Positions 1 to 15,491 of a stretch of 64,000 bases of DNA are shown here, one piece after another (the first letter of the stretch is position 1; each line of letters starts with the position of its first letter). Below the pieces are notes generated by a model. It had not been told where the DNA came from, ran no database searches, and worked only from the letters and a program-made list of their open reading frames with translations. Origin of the DNA: Eledone cirrhosa (taxonomy: Eukaryota); the NCBI GenBank assembly GCA_964016885.1, contig OZ024741.1, forward strand, positions 232,934,001 through 232,998,000. Direction: 5' to 3'. Position numbers and translations under genes: made by a program.

Positions 1-583
1 AAGCCTACAGAGACCGGAGTAGCGTATTAGTTAAGCGGGCGTTGACGGGAGCGGTCGTCAACAACAGGTGGTGGTTTGCCCTTAGAAGGGCAATTAAAGT
101 AGAGTCGATTAGGTTTAGCAAAGGAGTATTGATAGAGGAAAATAGAGTAGAGGGAGAGCTAGTCAGAAAGCTAGAAGAGGCGTTTAGGACAGGCATCGCA
201 ACCGACGTGCTTGCGGTGAGATTGGCACTCGACCAATTCCTCAACGAAAAACATGAAGGCTGCGTTGTCAGAGCTAGAGCGCGTGCTCTGAAACACGAGG
301 GGACGAAAGCCGTCCAATGGGCCCGGGTGGCAGAGGCGCGACGTGGCAACAAAGCCACAATTCGGTCTTTGTCTGATCAAAACGGGTGCGTGTTGCTCGA
401 ACCCGAGCAGATGTGTGAGGCTTTTCAACAGCACTTTGCTGAACTGTTCGGGAGCGGCGGCGGGCCGTATCGGAGTATAAACTTCAGTGCATACATCGAC
501 GGACTGCCTCGGCAACAGTGTTGCGAAAAGCCAATAACAGCAGGTGAAATACGGGAAGCGATGGCTAACTGCACGAGGGGTAA
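1..583 (+). mobile_element. Tx1/L1-like non-LTR retrotransposon ORF2 fragment (EN-RT linker)
   Basis: ORF 42-665 has VRARARALKHEG..., F..HFAELF and ITAGEIREAMANCTRGK, typical of the region just before the SPGxDG RT start; cut off at 583 where PLE sequence begins. Confidence 0.75.
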
Positions 584-2806
584 ATTGAAATGTCCCCAGA
601 TGTATGTGACAGCACGGAGGACCTCCTCAGCAGAATCGGCGAGGGTAACCGATCTAGGGACCTAACAAACTGCATAATAGGTAGTATGGATTTTGTGTCT
701 CTGTATCCATCTATTGACGTGGATTTTGCTGTGGAGAAATGCGTAGAAATGATCAGTGAGAGCAATGTTGAGTTCCGTTGGATTGATACCAGTGAGCTGG
801 AACTCCTACTTAAACTTACCTATAGTAATAATTACCTAGACACATATGACCTTAGCAGCCTGTGCCCTACAAGACCAGCAAGAGGCAGACCACCTACCAT
901 TACCTCAATGGCCAAGAAAACCCACACAGATAGATGGAACGGGTGGACCAGAGCCATACGGACACCCGAAAACCACGATGAACTGAAGAAAATGATTGCA
1001 CATGCGGTAGGGGCCAGCATAAAACTAACCCTTAAGGAACATATGTTCAAATTTAATGGAAAAACATATGCCCAAGAGGAAGGAGCAACCATTGGTGTTA
1101 GCATTGCAGGCGACATAGCTAACTTGTTCATGGTATGGTGGGACAGTAGACTTAAACTTAAACTTAAAGAACAATTAGAAGACCCCTTAACCCTGATAAT
1201 GTACTCCCGCTACGTTGACGATATAAACATCGTAGTTAAGACACCCCCACTAGAGAACAGTCAGGAACTAGAGAAAAACACAATGGAAAGCATCCAGCAA
1301 ATAGCTAACTCCATCCACCAGAGTATTAGAGTTACTATAGACTACCCAGGTAAACACCCCAACCATCGATTACCTGTACTAGACACAGAGCTCTGGTTAG
1401 ATACCATTAATAACAAAAACAAATCCTCCATTCCCATTATGCCAAACCCATGACTTCCAAACATCTGATCCACCGAAACTCGGCTGTTTCGGACCATACC
1501 AAAACCAACATACTGATTGCGGATTTGGTACGGGTGATGAGAAACGTGTGCCGCATGTGCAACCCCGAAGAACTAGAGAGACACATACAACACTTCATCC
1601 ACCGTATGCAGTTCTCTGGTTACAATCAGAGAGATAGAATCAGAGTGTATAGAGGAGCCAGAACCAAATGGGAAAAAATGGTAAATAATGACACAAATGG
1701 GACCTGCCCCTTGTATAGGAGCACATTTCGGAATAGAATAGAAAGAACTAGGAATAAGGCTAATACAATAAACTCATGGTATGATAGCAATAAATACCAG
1801 AGTGTAATGTTCATCGATACAACCCCTAGAGATCAATTAGCTTACAAATTTAGAAGGGCCCTAGATAAACATAAACTCAATATGAAGATAGTAGAAAGAC
1901 CAGGTACCTCCGTAAAAACACTTATTAGCAAGACATACCCTTTCCAAAGACCCCCCCCCCCCCTGTATAGATAAGAAATGTATAACCTGTAAAATAAGCC
2001 CCCATATTAACTGTAAAATTAGAAATGTAGTGTATAGCATAAGATGTACTGAAGGACAATGTAGAGACAAAAGTAAAGTGTACATAGGTGAGACAGCTCG
2101 TAGTGTAGGGGAACTACACTATAAATGAACACTGGCGAGACCTTCAAGATAGTAAAGAATCATCTGTACTCTACCAACATGCTAAAATAGAACATAAGGG
2201 TAAATGAGAGAACATAGAAATAAAAATAGAATCTACACACAGAAAAGACGCAATGTTTAGACAAATCACAGAGGCAATAAACATAAAAGAATTACAACCA
2301 AAATTAAATTGAAAATATCAGTGGAACAGCAACATCACAACTTACAATTAAGGACAAAATGAAAACACACACACACATAGAACAAACAACCAACCGGTAA
2401 CATGTAAATAAACAAATAAACAAACAAATATAGACACACACAGACATCCGGATGTGGCGCATGCGCAGACTGAGCACACAACACACACACAGAAACAAAA
2501 TGGCGTAGGACAGAACAAAGGAGAGGCACAAAAACAAAGAAAAGAATCCCCAGTCACTGAAGAGGTCACAGAATGTGTGACGAAAGAACTTTGACAATGT
2601 AAAAACAACTATCTGGTTGTGAAACCAACCAACCAACCAGAAATTTATAAATTCCCAAATTTATAAATTTATTATAATAAATTAAAGTGAAAGCAACTGG
2701 AGGGTGTGTTTCTTATTGCCAACATGACCCTCCCAAAGTATAACAATATCGGTTTCAACACACAATTTCAGATAAAGAATCTTGCTAAACAAATTCAGAA
2801 ACGAAA
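584..2806 (+). mobile_element. Naiad-like Penelope-like element, 5'-truncated and frameshifted (RT, GIY-YIG, pLTR)
   Basis: SMDFVSLYPSI, QEEGATIGVSIAGDIANLFMVWWD, RYVDD, VLDTELW; then NVVYSIRCTEGQC..VYIGETARS and an HxxxxH motif; ends in (TA)n; near-identical inverted copy at 54184-56397. Confidence 0.9.
2553..2595 (+). ncRNA. Minimal type I hammerhead ribozyme in the Naiad pLTR
   Basis: gtca-CTGAAGA-g-gtcaca/gaatg/tgtgac-GAAA-gaac-TT-tgac; stems I and II pair, stem III minimal. Confidence 0.8.
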
Positions 2807-2885
2807 TATATATATATATTTATATATTATATTTATATATATATATATTTATATATATATATTTATATTTATATATATATATATT

Positions 2886-3008
<123 letters not shown>

Positions 3009-3057
3009 ATATATTTATATTTATATATATATATTTATATATATATATATATGTATT

Positions 3058-3145
<88 letters not shown>

Positions 3146-3159
3146 TATATATTTATATA

Positions 3160-3289
3160 AGTTGAAAAAAATGAAAACGAAATTTCATTTCTCACTCTTA
3201 GTATGGCACTTACTTAAATGTAAGTATGTATGTATACGTACATACATATATGTATACAGACGTACAGTAGCACGCATATATATATATAC

Positions 3290-3330
<41 letters not shown>

Positions 3331-3725
3331 TACACACATGCATACAGGTACACATACATATATGCACGCATCAGTTTAGCCGACGTTTATTTTAACGCCG
3401 GCCGCTTTGTTCGTTTGTTTATCAACAAAGCGAACAGCCTGAATTTATGCCATACGGTGTTAAGGCAACCACGTCACCTTTTTGTTCAACACTGACACAG
3501 GAGCGGTGTACTAGTTTCAAGCTTGTTAGCTATCATCAGCACCGTTTACCCATCTGCCAGATAGTTGAACGTTCGAAGGTGACGTGGTTGCCTTAACACC
3601 GTATGGCATAAATTCAGGCTGTTCGCTTTGTTGACAAACAAACGAACAAAGCGGCCGGCGTTATAATAAACGTCGGCTAAACTGATGCGTGCATATATGT
3701 ATGTGTACCTGTATGCATGTGTGTA

Positions 3726-3800
<75 letters not shown>

Positions 3801-3860
3801 GCGTGCTACTGTACGTTTGTATACATATATGTATGTACGTATACATACATACTTACATTT
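3160..3860. mobile_element. Fold-back non-coding pLTR-like element
   Basis: ~3215-3480 inverted against ~3575-3860; same family as 26585-27375 and 36030-36870; flanked by (TA)n. Confidence 0.75.
3504..3544 (-). ncRNA. Hammerhead ribozyme (ACTAGT stem III family)
   Basis: Reverse complement: cggtg-CTGATGA-t-agct/aaca/agct-t-GAAA-ctag-TA-caccg. Confidence 0.8.
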
Positions 3861-3894
3861 ATATATATATATATATTTATATATATACTTATAT

Positions 3895-6210
<2,316 letters not shown>

Positions 6211-6437
6211 GCGTTGCTGAGACGGAGGAGAAGACTAAACATGGAAGTACCCAATGCATGGGGGGAGAAAGAGGGTGTATAGAGATAGTTAAAAACCCGA
6301 CCGCGTCGTTATACGGTTTCGGCTTCTGTCGCGCATTCATCTACTACATTGCTGTATGCAGAACACTGCATCAAAAGTCGAAACGGCTAGGCGCCGTTTG
6401 CATTTCAACTCTCTCTCTCTCTCTCTCTTATGTATGT

Positions 6438-6496
<59 letters not shown>

Positions 6497-7141
6497 AAAC
6501 GAAAAATCAGTCATGCATCTGAACTCAATTTATTGTGTGTTACAATTGTTTCGCCGGCGGACAGCTCGAGACACGATCATTGTGTGGGTCTGTCTGATTC
6601 TGGATCGGCAGGTTCGACGGACACGTCTAATGATTTCGGAGCAAATTCTTTCACTGGGGTGTTAGCGTCAAAAACTTCATCTCTCTTCGCGCGTCCTGTT
6701 ATTGGACTCTGGTTTTCTACGTCATCATAATTCTGACCACAGGTATCGCTCGGCTGACTATCAGCTGTCCCGTGTCTGCCACACTTCAATGAATTACTGC
6801 TAGGTTTGGTAGTTCACACGTCCACGCGCGCGCACACACACACACACACACAATCACATAGATAACGACAGAAGTACGCATAGACTCCCGCTATAAACAC
6901 ACATTTAAGGAGAACATATAAACCTATAAACATACGCATGCACAGACGCATGCCTATATACATCAACACACACACGCAGGCGCACACACATGCATACGCG
7001 TATATATACCCGTATACACAAACACGTACAGATATATACATAGACACCCCCTTTCTTTTTCCCTCATGCACACACACATACACACACGTATCCATATATA
7101 CAGGCACAGATACACACCCGCTCGCAAACACGCACACACAT

Positions 7142-7195
<54 letters not shown>

Positions 7196-7459
7196 ACACA
7201 CTCACAAACAAGCCCTTTCCCTACGGTGGGTACTTGTACGCACACACACACACTGGGTCATATACACACTTACAAATATGCGCATATTCACATACACGCC
7301 CACGCGTGCATACAAAGATACATACATATATATATACACAAATAGGATATACACACAAAGTCATATAAAGATACACAATGGGTCATACATGAAAGGATGC
7401 ATCTTGTTATAAACATGCACATATATAAATAATATAACCATATACATATACACATAGAT

Positions 7460-7506
<47 letters not shown>

Positions 7507-7556
7507 CATATATACACATATATAAATGACATATAAAATATATAAAAAATATACAT

Positions 7557-7695
7557 ATAACTGTTTCTACTTTAGGCACAAGGCCAGCAATTACCCAGTG
7601 CATTACTGGTACTTTATTTTATCGACCCCGTAATGATGAAAGGCAAAGTCAACCTCGGCGGGATTTGAACTCAGCTCGTAAAGGGACGTAACTAT
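7557..7695 (-). mobile_element. tRNA-derived SINE (octopod type)
   Basis: Matches 28145-28330 and 31252-31428; B-box-like GAGTTCAAATC on the minus strand. Confidence 0.8.
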
Positions 7696-7854
7696 ACATA
7701 TAACATCTCATAGAGAGACACAGTGTGCAATATATGAAAGGGTTCGCCCAGTTGCATGTGTCTACAGAGATGTTGTTACGTTGCGAACATGGATCAAACC
7801 ACATATGGAATCTTTGCGCAAAGCCACATAATAGGCGTTCATGGTATTACAGTA

Positions 7855-7910
<56 letters not shown>

Positions 7911-8066
7911 TTATGCATAATTGTATAATTGCCTTTATATGTACGAGTTTGAGAGAGGGAACAAAACGACAAAATGAAAAATACTGAGTGTGATTTGAAA
8001 GTGTGCTCTCATTTCTCATTTTACTAATTTACTTTAAAACTTATTCAAAATTTACATATTTTGCAG

Positions 8067-8157
8067 TTTCAATCCTCTTCTATCTTCTGCTTGGAAGCGC
8101 TCTACTACTGCTACTGCTTTTGCTGCTGTTAATTTGTTGTTGTATTGCCTTGTTTCG
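8067..8157 (+). CDS. Receptor PTP exon: transmembrane helix
   Basis: ttttgcag|...|gtaagc; encodes SILFYLLLGSALLLLLLLLLLICCCIALFR; phase-2 end fits the next exon. Confidence 0.85.
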
Positions 8158-9089
8158 GTAAGCGTTCCTTTAATATATTTCAATGAGACTTATGAAATAT
8201 AATCAAGGCGTATTCATTTTAGTATTATTAAGAATTTAAGTTTACTATTCTATTCTACTTCATGGCATGTTGTGGAAATGTGCCTTAGTATGCATTGTAA
8301 AGGCGCGCAAGACACTTTCTTTTATATTGCTCCTTCTACCAGGAGTTACGTCCAATAGATAGTAGAAATGGGAAGACGAATGGAAACATTGTTTCTTTGG
8401 TGCCATTTAATGAGCTCCACCTCGGTTAGTAATCGAATAGATTCTGGGATCTTGTAGATTGGTTCCTATCTCTATATAGTTAAAATTTATTTATCACCCA
8501 GTTGCATACAACTATGGGATGGCACATTTAACTATAAAAGTTTAAGTTGAATATAATTACGAGATTTAGAATATATTTTAATATATATTCGGAAAGATTT
8601 TCAAATACAGGACAATAAAACTCATCCAGTTCTTCGTTACGTATGATAATACAGTTTGGATTATTATGAATCATAGGTTCCTTTACATAAATAGCTCCAG
8701 AAGATATCTTCATTTCTCAGAGAAAGTTGACAGCAAATAACGTAGTATGGAATTTGAATTGATGAATTAAATATCATTGAGGAATTTCCTAATACGAACT
8801 TGCTAGAACCGTTTTTATGAACATATTACATTCAGTAATTTTTACCCATATGTAATGGAACAACACATTTATTAAATACAGGAAAAATTAAACTTGTTTT
8901 TGCATGTTAATAGATGACTCTAAACAGTGTTCTGCATATAACTATGTAATATATAAAAATACATGACATTCGAACAATTACTTTAGCAACAATGTAATTT
9001 TCGTTCGCTAAATTTTGTCCATGTGATTACGATATTTTTCGTTATATATTGTTACACCGGTTACTTTCTTCAATTTGTCGAATACACAC

Positions 9090-9124
<35 letters not shown>

Positions 9125-9126
<2 letters not shown>

Positions 9127-10190
9127 TATCCCGGTTTCAATGGGGAGTAAGGACAGTAAGTAAGATATATAGCAGAATATAAATATTCAATATAGAATTG
9201 GCTTCTACATGACTAGAACTGTTTCATTCGGAAGAAATCACCAGGAAAGCTGACTGTCAATGTAATATGATGGTATTTATAGATTTTCTGGTGGTAGGAG
9301 AGGGTGATGATAGATTGATAGATTTAAAGAAATACGATTCTTTAAAAAAATATATTTAGAGAAAATTACATAGTTATACAAAGGCAGAAGTAAAATTCAC
9401 GCTAAGTACCTATAGATAAACACACTGAGTGGCACTCCTAATTTTGAAGGTTCATTTATTCCAAGTAAACAATGGCTTTTAATTGAGTGGCAATATTAAA
9501 ATACTCTTCTAAAGAATGGTGAGGTCTGAAAAAAATGGTCAGGTGGCTACAATCACATACGCACACACACACACACGCATATATATACACACGCTTATAT
9601 ATACATACATATACACATACATATACAAATATACATACACACACACAGATATATATATACACACACGTGCAAAAACATACATACAAACACGTACATAGAG
9701 GTACCCACATATATATACATACACATGCATATAAATACGTTATACATGTAGAAACGGCAAGTAGGTAGTAAGTACTTACATAACCTAAGTACTGTGAGGC
9801 GGATCGAAAGCGGCTACGGGTTGATGGTAGGGGGTGGGATGGGATGGAGAGGGAGGGAATATTTTGTCGAGTGAGGTTTTTTTTTTAAACCATCGTTCTG
9901 GTGGCAAGACTGGTTTGTAATATTTGTATGTTGCAAAGATTTTGTGCATGCAATTCGGACAGTGTACAGAGAGTTTGTTCAGTGCTGGGCCCTTGGCAAA
10001 TAGTATTTCATAGCTCTCTGAAATACAAAGGTCGCAAAACTGTCCTCCCATGTATGAGTGCGCTCTCTGGAGTAATTTCCATTTGAGCATGAAAGGGGTG
10101 GAGTTCTTCTGGAGATCCCAGATAGAGGAGGCGATTGTTGTTTGATTTGATTGAAAAGAGGCATACATTTGCTGTACGTTTAATTCTTGG
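9125..10190 (-). mobile_element. Hydra-like PLE 3' fragment (EN C-terminus, 3' region, degenerate hammerhead at 9200-9250)
   Basis: TTIASSIWDL..WKLL..CDLCISE; ribozyme core mutated to CTGGTGA, homologous to 25060-25110. Confidence 0.75.
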
Positions 10191-10678
10191 CAATTTTCAG
10201 AGGCCTGTAGATGGAAAAATATACGAGATTGATTTGATAAGATATTTCAATTCTACAGAAAAGGTTAGCCCCAAACATGATTTCAAAGTTGCGCTTACCT
10301 TATTAGAGGAGAAATGGCTGTCTCGAGTTGGTCCGAGAGGCTCGTTCGGAAAAAATGTATAATCAATTAATATTTCAAAGGCCTACAATTTCAAAACTAT
10401 CAAAGATATTGACCTAAAACTTTATATTTTTCCATCATATAGGTACAGGGTCGAGTATGGGGGATCTGAAGGGGTGGCCTGGGAAAGGTTTCTGAAACTG
10501 GGTGATTAGATATGGAATAACCGTATATATATATATATATATATATATGTAGAAAAATCTACCAAAATATACGGTAGTCTCCAATCCGTATGAAGAACTC
10601 AATGTAATCCAAATATCATGAAAAGAGAAGATGCATTCAAAAATTTTCGATGAAAATCCCAGGAAAAACAGAGTCAAG

Positions 10679-11066
10679 ATAAATTAATAAAAACAATGAA
10701 TAAAAAGAAAGAACAAGTTCCTTATATTAAAAAATTCATCATTTTACGATCGTTTCTAGGATATATATGTGTGTTGGTATGTATATCATATAGATCTATG
10801 TAAAAATATTTTACAAGCTATCAGAGGAAATATACATACCTTCACATATATATGCTGCCTTCAGAAATAATATTTTATTTCTGAAGACAGCATATATATG
10901 TGAAGGTATGTATATTTCCTCTGATAGTTTGTAAAATATTTTTACATAGATCTATATGATATACATACCAACACACATATATATCCTAGAAATGATCGTA
11001 AAATGATGAATTTTTTAATATAAGGAACTTGTTCTTTCTTTTTATTCATTGTTTTTATTAATTTAT
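10679..11066. repeat. Near-perfect palindrome (192-bp arms, 4-nt loop) made of a hammerhead-containing pLTR
   Basis: Arms 10679-10870 and 10875-11066; family homologous to 20520-20800. Confidence 0.92.
10875..11006 (+). ncRNA. Hammerhead ribozyme with long stem II
   Basis: ttattt-CTGAAGA-~100 nt hairpin-GAAA-tgatcg-TA-aaatga; the mirror copy on the minus strand has CTGAAGG. Confidence 0.65.
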
Positions 11067-11144
11067 ATATATATATATATATAAGACATATGTTTGATAT
11101 GTTTGATTTTGTATCATTCATGATAACCTTTACTTTGAAAGTAA

Positions 11145-11180
<36 letters not shown>

Positions 11181-11272
11181 GAGTGTGTGTGTATGTGTGT
11201 GTGTGTGTGTGTGTGTGTCACTGTGATCTTTAATGCAAAAAATGCTTTCAAATTTCCTTTCATTAAAAAAAG

Positions 11273-11991
11273 ACGGAAGAAATCTGAGACAACCAAGAAG
11301 GAAAAGCCGGTGAAAAAGATCAAAGATAAACCAGCGACGGGAGACGAAATTGGCATGTTTGGGAAATTAAAACAAAGATCAGAAATAGCGCTGGGACCTG
11401 AAAACCTACGTGAAAATACACCTACCTATAAAGATAATTCTGAGGTTGTACAGATACCGGAGAAAATTAAAATACCCAGGGACAGAGGCGTAGCTGATGA
11501 TATATGCAAACACGGGATAATTCTAAAACCCAAAAGAAGACGGGAATCTGAGGATGTAGAGGTCTCTGAGAGGACTGAAATGCCCAAAGGTAGACAAGTA
11601 CCTGGGGATACACAGATACTCGATACGACTCAAATGCTCAGGAATAAGTGGGTAACTGAATATACTCCCGTACCCGCGACGTCTAAAACACGCAAGAGTA
11701 GATGGAGCATTGAGGATGTGCAGACACCCGAGATGAGTGACATGCTTTCGAGTAGCGAGGAAAGTGAGGGTATACAGTCACTCAAGTTGACTGAAATGCT
11801 TTGGAGTAGTGAGGAAAGTGAGGATATACACTCACTCACGATGACTGAAATACTTTGGAGTAGTGAGGAAAGTGAGGATATACAGATACACAATATGAGT
11901 AAAATACCCAGAAGTAGACAGGTATCTGAGGATTCTGAAAAGAGAGAGATGACCGAAATAACCAGGAGTAGAAAATTACCTTTGGAAAGAG
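11273..11991 (+). CDS. Receptor PTP exon: juxtamembrane region with 18-aa repeats
   Basis: Pyrimidine tract then aaaag|A CGG AAG (basic stop-transfer RRKK); open for 719 bp; G|gtgaga donor; phases 2 to 1 match neighbouring exons. Confidence 0.8.
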
Positions 11992-13417
11992 GTGAGATAT
12001 TTTAAAGAATATAATATATCTATTTATTTATCTCTTTATTCCTGCCACCTATCCCTCCACGTATTGAGCCCCACACCACCCCACGTCAAACTGTTATTTC
12101 ATTTTGAATTATGTTAGGTACAAATTAGATAATTTATAAATGAAATCTTATCGGTTGATATTTGACACCATATGATATTTAATAGTCCTCATAACTCAGC
12201 TTTTCAATTTAACTGAATAATGAATGTATTGAACTAATAATTTGGGCTTGAAAATATTTCCTCAATGGACTAACAACGTTTATCGTGAATTTCCAGTGTA
12301 TCGCATAGATGTAAAGATCAAACAACTAATTCCTTTCGCTGCTGTCCTTGTTTTTCACATTTTTTTTCTTATATTTTCTTTTTTGCCTCCTATATTTGTT
12401 ACAGCTTTTCTTTTTTCACTCTGTCTGCCTCTTGATCATGATGCCTAACTATGAGGGGAATTAGATACCACACATGGTCTATTATAGTTTACTAAAAATA
12501 TATAAATAAATATAGGGGGTGTGATTAATGTTTATTTCCAACTATTGCAAATTTGTAGTTTTACATTTTACGTTTTAATCTAGAGGAAAATGCCATGCAC
12601 ATGATAATTTTCAGAGTCCACATGAGCAGTGAAGATAGCAGAAACTTATTCTCGATACGGAAACTTTAAACTAAAATCAAGGATTCTGTATTAGATAATT
12701 GGTTTATGAGAAAGTGGCGTAGGGAATAAAGGTGATAAAAAGAAGAGTAGATGAAGAATAATTAGTTACACGAACACCTTTGTTAAATTCACATTTTTGA
12801 TCTGTACATTTTTGATATGTCATACATATTATTGTTACCGTTTAGCTTCAGGCTACACATAATGCAGAAGACCTATGATCATATCTGTAAAGCTTAGGAG
12901 AAATTTGCTGGTGATATTGATTCCAGTTTTTTGTGCTCTGAGTTCATATCCCGCTGTAATCAAGTTTTCATTTTAATTCAATACTTTTGGTCTCGAGAAG
13001 TATATTACATTTACATATGTATATACAATGTACGATTGCATGTGTATATATAGTATTTACATAGAACGGGATTCGCGATAATTTAAATTTCAAATTTCAT
13101 AAATAATCGGAATGGAGCCGAAGGAATGTATGTTTTCAACGGAATGTTTTTCAAATTGACATTGACTATAAAATAGAATTTTTAAATTGGAATTTATAAA
13201 ACAAATGTGATATCAGTTCGGGGAAGAAGAGTTAGAACTACCAAGTTGTATTTTCCTACGATAAAGTCCAAAAAAGAATGAAAACTAATTGAATGCCAAA
13301 GTGAAGGGAGAGTTTAAAACAAATTTGTCTGTGGATAGCAGGTATATGACTCCATCCATTGACTCAAAACCACGAAAATAGGTGTTCATCTTCCATTTTA
13401 TGTTCTTTTCCATAAAG

Positions 13418-13551
13418 AAACAAAAGACATCGATAAGTGCCAACACTGCATTGAATTTGAATCAGCTGATCGAACATTGAATAAGCCACCAATAATGAAG
13501 TACATAAAAAAGCAACTGGTTACGTCTAAGCCATTTTCGAAAGACTTTTCG
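13418..13551 (+). CDS. Receptor PTP exon: segment leading into the PTP domain
   Basis: ttttccataaag|...|gtaaga; ETKDIDKC...KPFSKDFS resembles the FxxEF motif; phases 1 to 0. Confidence 0.8.
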
Positions 13552-13989
13552 GTAAGAACTCTCATTAAGACGTTCATTGATACCTATTTTTTTTATGTAT
13601 TTTGTTAGTTATTTTATATTGCAAATCTTAAATCATAACTTCGCTACTTTTACGTTTTCAAACAACTAAAACACCATATCATTGTCTTTTATTCAAGGGA
13701 ATGTCTAACTAAACACAGAAAAATATTACTAGAGAAGTCCTGCTTAGAGAATTGTTTTTTAAGTGTACATGCCGATATACATTGCTGAAAGACACACAAG
13801 CGCCCACACAGGCAGACATACACAGACACACACGCACACGCACACACGCACACGCACGCACACACACACATATACATATATATACATATATATATATATA
13901 TCTATATAACGAAGGAGTTGTGGTAAGGAACCAGATGGACCATAACGCACCAGAGTACTCAATACTTAGTGTAGTATGTAATCCTATAT

Positions 13990-14049
<60 letters not shown>

Positions 14050-14050
<1 letters not shown>

Positions 14051-14110
14051 CCCTTTTACTCTTTTACTTGCTCCAGCCATCCGGCTGAGGCCATGCTGGG
14101 GCACCGCCCT
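14050..14110. mobile_element. Short SINE fragment (second family)
   Basis: cttttactcttttac..ggccatgctggggcaccgccct; repeated at 54060-54120. Confidence 0.6.
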
Positions 14111-15050
14111 TAATATATATATATATATGACTGAATTCCGCTCAGGTTTCAGTGGCAAATATGTTTCTCTCGCACAGCAAACCGAAGCTATTTTGGATGA
14201 CCAAAATGCCATGCAGTGGGTCCTATGCGAGATCTCAACTACATAGACATACCTGTGTGCATATGTAAGATTACGGAATACATTAATGTAGTGTGTCACC
14301 CTGATAGGGAAACAAATTAATGTGAATGTTTTTTTGAACAGATTACAATTAATTTCTCGGTGTATACAATGACAGCTTTAACCTGATTGTAGTCTTCACC
14401 TATATTTATATATCTATTGATTTCTTTTAGAAAAGCATGAACGCTACACTATTTTATGTAAATCGCTTTAAAATATATGCGTCACACCAATATACGGTAA
14501 ACATTTTCCGTTTAAGAAATAAGGCAAACAGCCGTCTCAAGATTAAGCATGGCATTAATCGAGAGTACCTACCCCTGAATGCACTATCAACTTATATATC
14601 ACTTTCAGTCGTTTATACGAGAGAAACTGAAATATTAATCCTTGCTGAACTAATAATTGTTACATCACCGCAAACCGCAATAAAACACTGCAATTCCTTC
14701 CAAGCAAAGCCAGTAAATTGTTAAAACATCTCAAAAACTTTCTTTAAAACGAACATTTCTATATGATGCACGTAATTATTCAGATGAGTGTCCTTAATTT
14801 ATTTGTTGTAATCACGGTGTTTGGAGCTTTAGTCCGAATTAGAAGCATTTGGATTTATAATAATGGTTCTTCCTCATTTCAGAATAAAGATTAAAGTTAA
14901 CGTACAACTGTTCTAAAATGCTATAGAACTTGATAAACCTTCCTTTACATTGCCAAAAAGATATTACCTCACAAATCATGTATTCTATTTAAATGGTGCT
15001 CAATTCCATGCTAAACCAATCCTGCATTTAAAATATTGATTATTTTGCAG

Positions 15051-15138
15051 GCGTTACCAAAAGGCTTAACCCACCCGTGTAATGCGGCTAACAAGTTAAC
15101 AAACTGTGGAAGAAACCGGGACATATCAATCGTTCCAT
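15051..15138 (+). CDS. Receptor PTP exon: PTP motif 1
   Basis: ttttgcag|ALPKGLTHPCNAANKLTNCGRNRDISIVP-T|gtaaga; joins 57905 to give PYDHNRV. Confidence 0.9.
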
Positions 15139-15340
15139 GTAAGATTTATTAATTATATATTCATAAGCAATCAGTGTTTTGTATACAAGTATCAGAAAGA
15201 TATCACCATTATTGCAGCAGAGGGATTCACCTTCAGAGCAAAATCATATTTTTAATTATTTAAAGGATTGCAATATACCATGAATGCGGTTGCCATACAA
15301 TATATATACATGTATATATATATGTACATACATCCACACA

Positions 15341-15431
<91 letters not shown>

Positions 15432-15439
15432 ACACACAC

Positions 15440-15491
<52 letters not shown>

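Noticed and set aside
1969-2330. Selenocysteine recoding in the Naiad-like endonuclease
   Set aside because: Cys positions use TGT; the TGA near 2205 corresponds to TTA in the other copy, so it is a mutation; no SECIS recognised
6300-6400. Possible hammerhead around gtcGAAAcggcta
   Set aside because: No CUGANGA-type core and no pairing stems I or III
11187-11272. 5' part of ORF 11187-12005 as a standalone gene start
   Set aside because: It is (TG)n intronic sequence; the splice acceptor is at 11272
12584-12670. Additional PTP exon after tctag
   Set aside because: Stops in all frames before a good donor; 11991 splices in phase to 13418 without it
14431-14457. 27-bp micro-exon candidate
   Set aside because: Weak donor, no PTP similarity, and 13551 already joins 15051 in frame
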